From Promethearchaeota archaeon (GTDB lineage: Archaea; Asgardarchaeota; Lokiarchaeia; Sigyniarchaeales; SOKP01), in assembly GCA_048941265.1 (NCBI GenBank), contig JBHLNT010000069.1:1-19974 (forward strand): a DNA stretch of 19,974 nucleotides, written 5' to 3'. The position numbers were made by a program, and so were the translations under genes. The notes under the pieces are model-generated. The model was not told where the DNA came from, did no database searches, and saw nothing but the letters and a program-made list of their open reading frames with translations. Shown one piece after another: positions 1 through 9,066 of this stretch (the first letter of the stretch is position 1; each line of letters begins with the position of its first letter).

Positions 1-270
1 GAGGAGTTATCACCAATTCCAATCTCATTACCTATCGATGGGGCTATGGGTACTACTGGAGATTGGCGTACATTCAGACCGATTATTAAAGAAGGGTGCA
101 ATAAGTGCGGAATTTGCTGGATGTACTGCCCCGAAGGTACAATTCACAAAAAAGAGGATGGATCATTCGAGATTGATTATATTTACTGTAAGGGCTGCGG
201 TATATGTGCAAAAGAATGTCCAACTAACAATATAGAAATGATAAGAGAGAGTGATATAAAGGATGATTAA
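1..270 (+). CDS. porD: 2-oxoacid (pyruvate/2-ketoisovalerate-type):ferredoxin oxidoreductase delta subunit, 2x[4Fe-4S] ferredoxin-like; 5'-truncated by the window edge
   Basis: Frame is open from base 1 (EELSPIPISLPIDGAMGTTGDWRTFRP...), so the true start is upstream of the window. TGDWRTFRP is the typical delta-subunit motif; two CxxCxxCxxxCP motifs (CNKCGICWMYCP, CKGCGICAKECP). Overlaps the alpha subunit start. Confidence 0.88.
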   Translation, partial: EELSPIPISLPIDGAMGTTGDWRTFRPIIKEGCNKCGICWMYCPEGTIHKKEDGSFEIDYIYCKGCGICAKECPTNNIEMIRESDIKDD

Positions 271-1522
271 ACCCGAATTAAAGGATTTTTTACAGAGTGA
301 GGAAACAAAGATTATCAAAGGAAATGAGGCTGCTGCGTATGCTGCAAAGTCTGCAAGAGTTCAAGTAATAAGTGCCTATCCAATTACTCCACAAACCACA
401 GTTGTTGAGAAATTATCCGAATTTGTTGATGGAGGTTTAATGCCTGGCACACAATATATTAAAGTAGAATCTGAGCACTCGGTCCTTGCATCCCTAGTTG
501 GAGCAAGTATGGCAGGGACAAGAACATTTACAGCTACTTCAGGTCAAGGTCTCTTTTATATGTATGAAATGGTTCATTGGACAGCTGGCGTAAGATTACC
601 TATTGTAATGGCTATTGCTTCAAGAGGTCCAGCACCTCCATGGAATATCTGGGCAGATTTCACAGATGTTATTAGCTGTAGAGATACAGGATGGATGAGT
701 GCTTTTTGTGCTACACATCAAGAAATTTACGATGAGATCTTAATGTCATATAAGGTATGTGAAGATTATGACGTTTTGTTACCAAAATTCGTTGCTTATG
801 GGGGATTTATCTTATCCCATACGTCAAAGCCGGTAATAATAGAAGATCAAGATAAAGTTGATAATTTTTTGCCCCCATTACCAGATGAAAAGGGTTGGCC
901 ACACATATGGATTGATCCTAATAGACCACTTATGCACGGTAATCTTATAATGCCCTCAGGATTTTATAGCGAATTTAGAATGAAAATCCATGATGCTCTG
1001 ATAAAATCAAAAGCAAAAATTAAAGCAGTTACAAAAGAATTTGAAAAAACTTTTGGAAGGAGCTACGGAAATGGACTAATACAAGAATATAAAATAAATG
1101 ATGCTGATGTCGCTATGCTAAATTATGGTGATTTAGCATTGCAAATGGAAGAGGCTGTAGATCAAGTGAGGGAAGAAGGGTATAAAGTTGGGATGGTTAA
1201 ATTGCGTCATTTTAGGCCATTTCCAGTTGAAGATATCATTGAGGCTGCAAAAAAAGTGAAAGTTTTAGGCGTGATGGACCGAGGAACTGCCTTTGGATCA
1301 CAAACAGGGGGTCCCGTAAGTTCTGAAGTAAAAACTGCGCTACATGGAACTAAGGGAACTGCTTTGGTTTTCCCGATGATGAACGGCATTGGAGGGAGGG
1401 AAGTTACTTTGGAGCAACAAAAAGACCAATTAAAAATATTAATTAAAATAAAAGAAACTGGAGAATTACCGGAAGATCTACTGCATGGTACTCTCTGGCA
1501 TGGAAAATTAGAGGTGGATTAA
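263..1522 (+). CDS. porA: 2-oxoacid:ferredoxin oxidoreductase alpha subunit (POR/VOR family)
   Basis: GNEAAA, AYPITPQT, ESEHS, TATSGQG and LRHFRPFP motifs, C-terminal GIGGRE; lies between delta and beta subunits. Substrate specificity cannot be fixed from the sequence. Confidence 0.9.
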   Translation: MIKPELKDFLQSEETKIIKGNEAAAYAAKSARVQVISAYPITPQTTVVEKLSEFVDGGLMPGTQYIKVESEHSVLASLVGASMAGTRTFTATSGQGLFYMYEMVHWTAGVRLPIVMAIASRGPAPPWNIWADFTDVISCRDTGWMSAFCATHQEIYDEILMSYKVCEDYDVLLPKFVAYGGFILSHTSKPVIIEDQDKVDNFLPPLPDEKGWPHIWIDPNRPLMHGNLIMPSGFYSEFRMKIHDALIKSKAKIKAVTKEFEKTFGRSYGNGLIQEYKINDADVAMLNYGDLALQMEEAVDQVREEGYKVGMVKLRHFRPFPVEDIIEAAKKVKVLGVMDRGTAFGSQTGGPVSSEVKTALHGTKGTALVFPMMNGIGGREVTLEQQKDQLKILIKIKETGELPEDLLHGTLWHGKLEVD

Positions 1523-1525
1523 GAA

Positions 1526-2473
1526 GTGGCATCGTTAAAGAAAGTAATGGAAGATGAAATAGCATGTAAAGAGTGGTTTTTACCGGGAAATGCATGTTGC
1601 ACCGGATGCGGTCTTGAAATTGCCCTTCGCTGGACGATGAAAGCTTTAGGACCAGAAATAGCTATGGTTACCCCCGCTAGCTGTTTAAATGTAATTATAG
1701 GACTTTGGCCAAAAACAGCTCCGGACTTTCCTCAATTTAATATGGCATTTGCCGCAGGAGCAGCGGTAGCATCCGGTTTTGATGCTGCATTTAAAGCAAA
1801 GGCCCACAAATTCCCAGGGAAAGGTTGGGATAAGATGACTTCAATTTGTTTTGCTGGAGATGGAGGAACTACAGATATAGGACTACAAGGACTCTCGGGA
1901 GCTGCTGAACGTAATAGTGATATCATTTATGTATGCTATGATAACGAGGCATATATGAATACGGGTATTCAAAGATCCTCGAGTACACCACACGGTGCAA
2001 TTACAACAACAACGCCCTTTGGGAAAGATAGGTACAAAAAGAATTTGCCAGCCATTATGAGAGCTCATGAGATTCCTTATGTAGCAACCTGCAGTATTAG
2101 TGAACCTTTAGATCTTTATGAAAAATTCAAAAAGGCAAAATCTATTAGAGGTACGAAATATATTCATATATTAGCTCCCTGTGCTCCAGGGTGGGGTTTT
2201 CCTTCGGAAGATACCATTGAAATAGCACGAATGGCAGTAAAAACCGGATTTTGGATCCTTTACGAAGTTGAAAATGGTGTGTTAACATTATCTAAAAAGA
2301 GTAGACCCTTGTTAGATCCATCAAAGAGAATACCAATTATTGAATATGTCGCGACCCAAAAAAGATTTGCCGGGATTTCTGAAAAAACTTTAATAGAACT
2401 TCAAGAACAAATTGACCATGAATGGGAAAATATCAGCAAAGAAATATTTTGCCAAGAAGAGTACTCAAAATAA
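1526..2473 (+). CDS. porB: 2-oxoacid:ferredoxin oxidoreductase beta subunit (TPP-binding)
   Basis: ACCTGCG, ASC and APCAPGW cluster-ligand motifs; TPP motif GDGGTTDIG...YDNEAYMNTGIQRS; GTG start 3 nt after porA, with a GAGGTGG Shine-Dalgarno-like sequence upstream. Confidence 0.9.
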   Translation: MASLKKVMEDEIACKEWFLPGNACCTGCGLEIALRWTMKALGPEIAMVTPASCLNVIIGLWPKTAPDFPQFNMAFAAGAAVASGFDAAFKAKAHKFPGKGWDKMTSICFAGDGGTTDIGLQGLSGAAERNSDIIYVCYDNEAYMNTGIQRSSSTPHGAITTTTPFGKDRYKKNLPAIMRAHEIPYVATCSISEPLDLYEKFKKAKSIRGTKYIHILAPCAPGWGFPSEDTIEIARMAVKTGFWILYEVENGVLTLSKKSRPLLDPSKRIPIIEYVATQKRFAGISEKTLIELQEQIDHEWENISKEIFCQEEYSK

Positions 2474-2544
2474 TTTAGTTGAGTAATATTTTTTTTATAT
2501 CTTATTAATTTTATATTATATTTATTCTTAAATAATGAATTTAA

Positions 2545-3198
2545 ATGGGTTTCTTAGTTAAACTCTCCGGGAATTTAGATACGGATATGGAACTGTTCCT
2601 TGAAACCGCCGTAGAGTGGGTCATTGAAGGGAAATTAATAGGCTTTCCTACTAATTCCGTTTATGGTTTAGGTGGAGATCCTTTAAATCTTAGCCTAATA
2701 GAAAGATTATATAATATAAAATTTAGGGAACGCTCAAAAGGATTTTTATTATTAGTTTCAGATTTTGAAGAAGCATCTAAAATCGCAGAATTTAATGATA
2801 ATGCTAAAAAATTAGCGAATCATTTTTGGCCGGGTCAATTAACATTAATTTTAAAAAGAAAAGAACCAAATATCATACCTTTAGAGGTAACTGCTTTACA
2901 AGATACAATAGGGCTAAGAGTTCCCGAAAATAAAGTAGTACTAAAAATATTAGAACTTTTAAAACGAAAAGGTCGATTTGGAGGAATAATAGGGACATCT
3001 GCGAATTATTCGGGGGAGTCCCCCTCTATAAGTGGGGCTGAAGTTGCTAAAAAATTCTTAGGGACTATAGATTATATCATTGATTCTGGAAAATCACAAT
3101 CTAAGGTTCCTACTACAATTGTGGATTGTACATTAGATGAATTAAAATTCCTGCGAATTGGAAAAATTTCAGAAGAGGAAATTAGAAGTATTTTGTGA
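2545..3198 (+). CDS. tsaC: L-threonylcarbamoyladenylate synthase, single-domain TsaC/YrdC type (t6A biosynthesis)
   Basis: FPTNSVYGL (cf. PTETVYGL), IKFR (KxR), FWPGQLT, GLRVP, TSANYSG and PTTIVD motifs; 217 aa with no C-terminal SUA5 domain. Confidence 0.88.
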   Translation: MGFLVKLSGNLDTDMELFLETAVEWVIEGKLIGFPTNSVYGLGGDPLNLSLIERLYNIKFRERSKGFLLLVSDFEEASKIAEFNDNAKKLANHFWPGQLTLILKRKEPNIIPLEVTALQDTIGLRVPENKVVLKILELLKRKGRFGGIIGTSANYSGESPSISGAEVAKKFLGTIDYIIDSGKSQSKVPTTIVDCTLDELKFLRIGKISEEEIRSIL

Positions 3199-3217
3199 GA
3201 ATAATTATTTTCTAAAA

Positions 3218-3754
3218 ATGTGGGTGATAAAAGCGAAGAATTTCAACCTATTGGTCTCGACTTCAAGGTATAACGAAACTAATGCAAGAGCGGAGTTATG
3301 GTTTACATTGTTCATTGCAGGGGATACCTATCCCATTATTTCAAATTTAGAATTCTTAGGTTTATTAACTGCTTTATCTAATATAGATGCCAAATTGATT
3401 GTCAAAAAAATTAAAGAGATTTTAGATGTAGATCCCAATTTCTTTAAATTTATCCTAAAAATTGTACCTATTGATTTTGTTTGTGAGACAAATCTTAAAG
3501 TTATAAGTCAAATCGTTAAGAATCATTATACAGAGTTCATCGATAAGAGCGACACGTTTAAAATTGATTTAAAGCGTAGAAAAAATGATATTATTGAGAG
3601 GGAACGTCTTATTAAATATGTTGCTAATAATATTGATAATCAGGTGGATCTTCAAAATCCGGATAAAATTATACGTGTAGAACTTTTAGGAAATTTTTGT
3701 GGTATAGCTTTCCTTAAACCAGAGGAGGTTATTAGCTTAAAAAGTGAGTTTTAA
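3218..3754 (+). CDS. Stand-alone THUMP domain RNA-binding protein (Tan1-like)
   Basis: FNLLVS at the N-terminus, KIVPID, TFKIDLKRR and VDLQNPDKIIRVELLG are THUMP hallmarks. ATG at 3218 is preferred over the TTG at 3158, which would overlap tsaC. Confidence 0.82.
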   Translation: MWVIKAKNFNLLVSTSRYNETNARAELWFTLFIAGDTYPIISNLEFLGLLTALSNIDAKLIVKKIKEILDVDPNFFKFILKIVPIDFVCETNLKVISQIVKNHYTEFIDKSDTFKIDLKRRKNDIIERERLIKYVANNIDNQVDLQNPDKIIRVELLGNFCGIAFLKPEEVISLKSEF

Positions 3755-3759
3755 ATTGA

Positions 3760-4449
3760 TCAATCGAGTTTAATTTTTTCTAAACTAAGTAAGGTCATTT
3801 TTTCACAAATTAAATCATTTAATGCTAAATACAGATCTTCAAGTTTATAACTCATTAGATCTTCATTCTTATTACTAATTCCATACGATTTTAACACCGT
3901 TATAATCTGATGTTCATTTATCGCGAAATAATCTTTAATGCTTTTAAATTTATCATAAGATCTTTTATTTAGATTTAAGGGTAATTCGTTAGCTTGAAGG
4001 ATCCGTATAATTTCATTATTTATCTCATCTATATTATTCTCCTGTGAGATGATACAATAAAGCACTCCTCCTTTTTTCACATCAACAAATTTAACACCAA
4101 AAGCTTCAATACCAATTTTTATCTGCCGATTAGTGGCTAAATATAACAGCAATTCAATATTTTTTTTATTTGAGATATTAATGCCATTACGAAAAGCTTT
4201 TTCCATAAAATAAGACGCATTAAAAATATGATCCTGGTCTAATACATATTCTTGAGAGAAAAATTGAATAGTTGCCCCTTTGTATGTGCGTTGAACTTTT
4301 TCAATTACATCGAAAATAAATTCTAAAACTTGATCTCGATTTTCTAATTTATTTTGATCTAATAATTTTGAGAAATCGACGGATATTTGATTAATTCCAA
4401 TGAAATACTTCAGATTTAAATCCGATATCTTAAATTCTTTAATGATCAT
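3760..4449 (-). CDS. cgi121: KEOPS complex subunit Cgi121/TPRKB
   Basis: QFF...V...HI..A....KAF..G.NIS....IELLLYLATNRQIKIGIEAFGV matches the Cgi121 signature (ELLLY.A..RQI..A...G); C-terminal LICEKMTL. Confidence 0.82.
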   Translation of the reverse strand: MIIKEFKISDLNLKYFIGINQISVDFSKLLDQNKLENRDQVLEFIFDVIEKVQRTYKGATIQFFSQEYVLDQDHIFNASYFMEKAFRNGINISNKKNIELLLYLATNRQIKIGIEAFGVKFVDVKKGGVLYCIISQENNIDEINNEIIRILQANELPLNLNKRSYDKFKSIKDYFAINEHQIITVLKSYGISNKNEDLMSYKLEDLYLALNDLICEKMTLLSLEKIKLD

Positions 4450-4480
4450 TTTAAAAATTATACCTATAATTTTAAAGAAA

Positions 4481-4999
4481 TTATTCTAGTTTTAATCGCG
4501 TTTGATGTTTTTTTTGAAAATCCAGAATTTTTTGTCTATATTTCTCAGTATATTGATTACTTGGGGTATGCCCACATTTTCTGCATTTATCATCATAAGC
4601 AGAATTAATAGTTCCGCAAGCTGGACATGAATAAATTTTAATCATTTCTAGCATCCATTTTTTATATCCTTTTTTTATAATTTGAGAATGAGAGTTCCAT
4701 AATTCAAATCTATGAGCGCCGCCAGCTTGAAAATCTTTTAATTCATTACATGGAAATTCAGCACATTCCCCACAAAAATCTATTCCTTTTTTTTGAGCAC
4801 ATAAATAAAGCTTGCATGAGTCACAATAGGCAATTCGAGTATTAGAACGGCAGCCTAAACACTTCATATCTTCAACTGGAGTCTCAAACAAACCTGCTAA
4901 TCTTTTAAGTCTTTTTGGATCTTCTGATGTGCCAATAAAAAAGGTACATCCTGGGCAAAAAAGACCACAAACTGCTGCGTGCTGCTTATTCAAATTCAT
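4481..4999 (-). CDS. Cys-rich metal-binding protein, DUF3795-like, with a C-terminal zinc ribbon
   Basis: CGLFCPGC, CLGC, CDSC...CAQKKGIDFCGECAEFPC pattern typical of DUF3795; extra CPACG...CRKCG ribbon. Confidence 0.7.
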   Translation of the reverse strand: MNLNKQHAAVCGLFCPGCTFFIGTSEDPKRLKRLAGLFETPVEDMKCLGCRSNTRIAYCDSCKLYLCAQKKGIDFCGECAEFPCNELKDFQAGGAHRFELWNSHSQIIKKGYKKWMLEMIKIYSCPACGTINSAYDDKCRKCGHTPSNQYTEKYRQKILDFQKKHQTRLKLE

Positions 5000-5107
5000 A
5001 AATAATTTTTTGCTTTATTATTATTAAATCGTTTTCAAATACTAATTCTTTAATTATAATAATTCATAAGAATTGCGATTTCGTTTTAAATATTTTAGTA
5101 TGTAGGT

Positions 5108-5875
5108 TTATACGGGGAGACTCCAGAGTAACCAATCTGGCATGAAATTGAATTGAATTCGCACATAAATTGTAATTATAAAAAAACACAATAAATAGAA
5201 GGTAAAAAGCCAGTCTTTTAAAGTATACTTAATCGTATAGTAATAGGTTCTCTCATTGATACTCCCGAACGCCCGCGATTCTAGAGCCTCGGCTACATTA
5301 AATGCTCTTTTAATTGAGCAGATGATAAGGGGTACTAATAACGGAAAAAGATTTTTTATTTGATTAATTAATCCGCTAGTTTTCATTTCATACCCTCTGC
5401 TTTGTTGGGCGTCCATTATATTTTGAGCTTCAATGGCTATAGTGGGCACAAATCTAAATGCCAAGGAAAAGGAGAAAGCGTAAGGATAAGGAACTTTCAT
5501 AGAAATTAATGATAATGCTAAATCATTAGGATGTACTGTTAAAAAAAAAATTGAGAAAGCGGTAATCATGATACTTATTCTTATAATCATGGCTATCGCA
5601 TAACTTAAAGATATAAAATAGGTATTTAGCACAATAATCATTAATACTAAAAATGAAAGCCCTCGAATACTTCTCATCCACTCTTTAATCATTTTACCTA
5701 ATAAAATCATTGGAATTAAAGTCAAAAAGATAATAAATAAAGGTACTATTTCAGTAAACATAAGGGCAGAAATGCTATATACTATTGAAAATAATAACTT
5801 GGCTCTTGGGTCTAAATTATGGATAAAGGTATTTTTCTTTTGGAATTTAAATGCATTTAGAAATTCAAGAGACAT
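5108..5875 (-). CDS. ecfT: Energy-coupling factor transporter transmembrane component T
   Basis: HNLDPRAKL N-terminus, several hydrophobic segments, LAFRFVPT, and the two conserved Arg motifs AQQSRG and ALESRAF; start overlaps the stop of the upstream ATPase (TAATG). Confidence 0.92.
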   Translation of the reverse strand: MSLEFLNAFKFQKKNTFIHNLDPRAKLLFSIVYSISALMFTEIVPLFIIFLTLIPMILLGKMIKEWMRSIRGLSFLVLMIIVLNTYFISLSYAIAMIIRISIMITAFSIFFLTVHPNDLALSLISMKVPYPYAFSFSLAFRFVPTIAIEAQNIMDAQQSRGYEMKTSGLINQIKNLFPLLVPLIICSIKRAFNVAEALESRAFGSINERTYYYTIKYTLKDWLFTFYLLCFFIITIYVRIQFNFMPDWLLWSLPV

Positions 5876-6744
5876 TAATTTTTTTCACCTGACACTCCTT
5901 TAGATTTATGTTTTATATAGTTGGCTAGAAATTCAATCATGGTATCCGTAGAAAAAATATTATTTGGGCATGGAATTCCTATGTTATTCAGTGCCATATT
6001 AAATTGACTTATTTGAGGTAAAATTAACGCAGATTTGTTTACTAAAAATTGATTAGTAATGATTTTTTGTGTGGGACCATCCGCTATAATTTTGCCATCT
6101 GCCATTAAAATCGTTCGGGGAATGTATTCCATAGCAAATTCTATATTATGTGTTACTATGATAATCGTTTTTTCCTTTTTCAATTCACTTCTAATTAATT
6201 CGATAAAGAAACTGATTTCTTTTGCATCTTGTCCTAAAGTAGGTTCATCAAAAATTAGAATTTCCGGATCTCTGCAAAAAATTGATGCTACAGCTAATTT
6301 TTTAGTCTCACCGCCTGAAAGATTCAAAGGGGAGCGTTCCCTATATTTATCCAAATTAAATTTTTTTAATATTTCATCTGTTTTAAATTGAGTTTCTGAT
6401 TTGGTAAAATTGAGGCTTTTTAATGAATATTTAATTTCTTCTTCTACCGTGTTAGAAAACACTTGATGCTGAGGATTTTGAAAAATTATACCTACTTTTT
6501 GAGAGAGAGTACCCGTTGTTTTGGATTTGATATTTTCCCCATTTATATAAACGCTACCGTTGGTTGGTCGTAGTAAACCGTTAAAAGTTCTAATTAATGT
6601 GGTTTTACCTGCCCCATTTTTACCCATAATTCCAACAAATTCCCCTTTGTAGATTTTTAAATTTATTTTTCGTAACGCAATCGTTTGATTAAGATATTTG
6701 TAATCTACATCGTGCACTACAATTAAAGGATGATCTTGGGACAT
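5875..6744 (-). CDS. ecfA2: ECF transporter ATP-binding subunit (A')
   Basis: Walker A GKNGAGKTT, Q-loop FQNPQHQ, signature LSGGE, Walker B LIFDEPT, H-loop VTH; adjacent to ecfT. Confidence 0.88.
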   Translation of the reverse strand: MSQDHPLIVVHDVDYKYLNQTIALRKINLKIYKGEFVGIMGKNGAGKTTLIRTFNGLLRPTNGSVYINGENIKSKTTGTLSQKVGIIFQNPQHQVFSNTVEEEIKYSLKSLNFTKSETQFKTDEILKKFNLDKYRERSPLNLSGGETKKLAVASIFCRDPEILIFDEPTLGQDAKEISFFIELIRSELKKEKTIIIVTHNIEFAMEYIPRTILMADGKIIADGPTQKIITNQFLVNKSALILPQISQFNMALNNIGIPCPNNIFSTDTMIEFLANYIKHKSKGVSGEKN

Positions 6745-6757
6745 ATTCTCACATTTT

Positions 6758-7597
6758 TTAATTTTTATTTTGAAGATATCTTAATGCCTCATCAATAGAA
6801 GCGGGAATATTATTCTGATATAAATTTTCACTTTTTAGTCTACTGAATACGGAATATATAACCGGCTTATTAATGTTTAATCTCTGGAAGTTTTCACTAT
6901 TCAATACATCATCGCGTTTTCCATGTTCGACTATTCTCGCGTTCTCTAACAAGATGATCTCGTTTGCATAAGGAATAACCAAATCCATTCTATGCTCACT
7001 AATAATGATCGTCATGTTTTTTTCTGTTTGGATTTTCTTCAATAATCTAATTATTTTTTCAGCCATACTTGGATCGAGTAAAGCGGTTGGCTCATCCAAT
7101 ACTAAAACTCTCGGTTCCAAAACCAAAATTGAAGCTATGGCAACACGTTGTTGCTCTCCACCACTCAGGTCAAATGGAGCCTTATCGAGTAAATGTTCAA
7201 TTTCAGTTAGTTTAATAACGTCATTAATTCTCCTCTCCATTTCTTGTCGGGGAACTCCCAGATTTTCCATACCAAAAGCAATTTCATGCTCAACGTTCAT
7301 TGATATTAATTGATTTTCAGGATTTTGGAAAACAATACCAATTTCTGTAGATAAATCCGCGATGGGTGTCTCAGCAGTATCTCTTCCTAGAACTTCAACA
7401 GATCCTCTATAGAATCCTGGATAAAATTGGGGTATCAATCCATTCATGCACCGAATTAGAGTAGTTTTACCCGAACCTGTTTGACCGCATAATAAAATAA
7501 ATTTATTATCATCTATCTTGAAATTAATGTCATTTAATTGATACTCTTTATTTTTTTTGTACCGAAAGTAAAAATTATGGAACTCAATTAAATGCAT
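6758..7597 (-). CDS. ecfA1: ECF transporter ATP-binding subunit (A)
   Basis: Walker A GQTGSGKTT, FQNPENQ, EIAFGMEN, LSGGEQQRVAIA, LVLDEPT, SEH. ATG at 7597 is preferred; the ORF extends to a TTG at 7609. Confidence 0.88.
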   Translation of the reverse strand: MHLIEFHNFYFRYKKNKEYQLNDINFKIDDNKFILLCGQTGSGKTTLIRCMNGLIPQFYPGFYRGSVEVLGRDTAETPIADLSTEIGIVFQNPENQLISMNVEHEIAFGMENLGVPRQEMERRINDVIKLTEIEHLLDKAPFDLSGGEQQRVAIASILVLEPRVLVLDEPTALLDPSMAEKIIRLLKKIQTEKNMTIIISEHRMDLVIPYANEIILLENARIVEHGKRDDVLNSENFQRLNINKPVIYSVFSRLKSENLYQNNIPASIDEALRYLQNKN

Positions 7598-7638
7598 AAT
7601 AAACGCCAATTAATTATATTGTTTTATAAAAATTCTTA

Positions 7639-8646
7639 TTAATTTAAAATTTGTTTTATTTTCTCAATGATTTTGTTTAGAACCTTTTTTAAATCATGTT
7701 CTCCATTTAGAGAAGCGGCACCATCATGACCACCACCACTTTCCTCATACTCCTCAGCAACTTCTTCTAAAATCTTTCCTAAATGCAGGCCAGTTTTTAA
7801 GCACACACTCTTCTTAGCTCTCGTACTAATTCGAAATGTCCTCTTCTTTTCAGAATATACAATACTCACATCTAAGCCTATGTTAATCAATAAAGAGGCA
7901 ACAGCTGCTTCAAAACTACTTACATGTGTCATACCTATCAACCAATCCTTTAAACGGATTAGTCTCAGTCGTTGTAATGCTTTAATTCTTGCAATTTTTT
8001 CAGAGATCTCTTGTTCAAACTCAAGCATTGAAATTATTTCTTGCAAATCTACCTTTTCATTTAATAATCTCGATACCCGCATGATTGTATCATTATTGCC
8101 ATATTTGAAAAATCCAGAATCAGTTAAAATTGCTGAGATTAATAGAAATTTATAGGGAAGTTCCAATTTAAAATTAAAGAATTCACAAATATCGTATATG
8201 ATTTCAGAAGTAGAAGAAACTTCATCGTTAATAATATTTAAGGAAGACAGATTGTTTTTGTAATCCTTTTTAAGATTTAAATGATGATCAATGAAAATGA
8301 AGGGAATATGGGCAATATTAAGATTCAATTTATCAAAAATACTCACTTGTGCCAAGTTATTTGTATCTAATATGAATATTAAATCGATATTTAAGATATC
8401 AAATTCCTCATTAAAGGAAAAGGACAAATCGCTAAATTTTTGTGAGACTTTTCCTAGATATTCTTTGGTGGATTTATTGAATTCTGGAAAAAATAAAGTA
8501 ACTTCATTTTTAAAATAATTAATTAAAAAAATTTTAAGGATATAACAAGAGACAAATCCATCGAGATCTACTGACTCGTGAGTGGTTATTAAAACATTTT
8601 TATTTTTCAAATACGCTTTGAAATCTTCATACTTATTTGATACCAT
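7639..8646 (-). CDS. DHH/DHHA1 family phosphoesterase (NrnA-like nanoRNase/pAp phosphatase)
   Basis: THESVDLDG (motif I), LDT, IDHH, LTDSG and C-terminal GGGHDGAA; follows prefoldin beta as in the archaeal exosome neighbourhood. ATG at 8646 is preferred; the ORF extends to a GTG at 8658. Confidence 0.85.
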   Translation of the reverse strand: MVSNKYEDFKAYLKNKNVLITTHESVDLDGFVSCYILKIFLINYFKNEVTLFFPEFNKSTKEYLGKVSQKFSDLSFSFNEEFDILNIDLIFILDTNNLAQVSIFDKLNLNIAHIPFIFIDHHLNLKKDYKNNLSSLNIINDEVSSTSEIIYDICEFFNFKLELPYKFLLISAILTDSGFFKYGNNDTIMRVSRLLNEKVDLQEIISMLEFEQEISEKIARIKALQRLRLIRLKDWLIGMTHVSSFEAAVASLLINIGLDVSIVYSEKKRTFRISTRAKKSVCLKTGLHLGKILEEVAEEYEESGGGHDGAASLNGEHDLKKVLNKIIEKIKQILN

Positions 8647-8650
8647 ATAA

Positions 8651-9013
8651 TTAAGCACTTTTACTTTGAAGATCTGCCTGAATTGAATTTCTCATAGTTT
8701 CGATTTGACTCTTCGTTCTATCAAGTTTCTGCGATATAGTCTTAGAACGCATCTCTAAGGTAACTTTTAGTGATTTTTTTTCATCGAGTAGCTTATTTTT
8801 TTCACTTTTCACTAATATTCCACCAATAGACTTATAGACTGTATCATCTGGATTAATTTTTTCGAGTTCTTCTATGGCTAATTCCGTATCTCTTAAGCTG
8901 GTTTCAATTTGTAGCTTCTGTTGGGATAAGAATTCCATTGTTGTAGAAAGGTTCTGCAAATTTATCACTTTTTTCCTTACTTCCTCATCAAGGCTATTTA
9001 AATCTATACTCAT
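8651..9013 (-). CDS. pfdB: Prefoldin beta subunit
   Basis: 120 aa; two coiled-coil helices around the hairpin AIEELEK...VYKSIGGILVK. Confidence 0.93.
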   Translation of the reverse strand: MSIDLNSLDEEVRKKVINLQNLSTTMEFLSQQKLQIETSLRDTELAIEELEKINPDDTVYKSIGGILVKSEKNKLLDEKKSLKVTLEMRSKTISQKLDRTKSQIETMRNSIQADLQSKSA

Positions 9014-9066
9014 AATTCTTCACAGTTTATTGTATAAAAATTGTAATATAAGAAGTTATAAATCTT

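Noticed and set aside
38-235. 65-aa alternative-frame ORF
   Set aside because: Overlaps the ferredoxin-like porD frame and has no recognisable motif.
1207-2068. Short minus-strand ORFs (1207-1389, 1732-1926, 1883-2068)
   Set aside because: Antisense shadows inside the well-supported porA and porB.
3158-3217. N-terminal extension of the THUMP ORF from TTG 3158
   Set aside because: Would overlap tsaC by 41 nt; the recognisable domain begins after ATG 3218.
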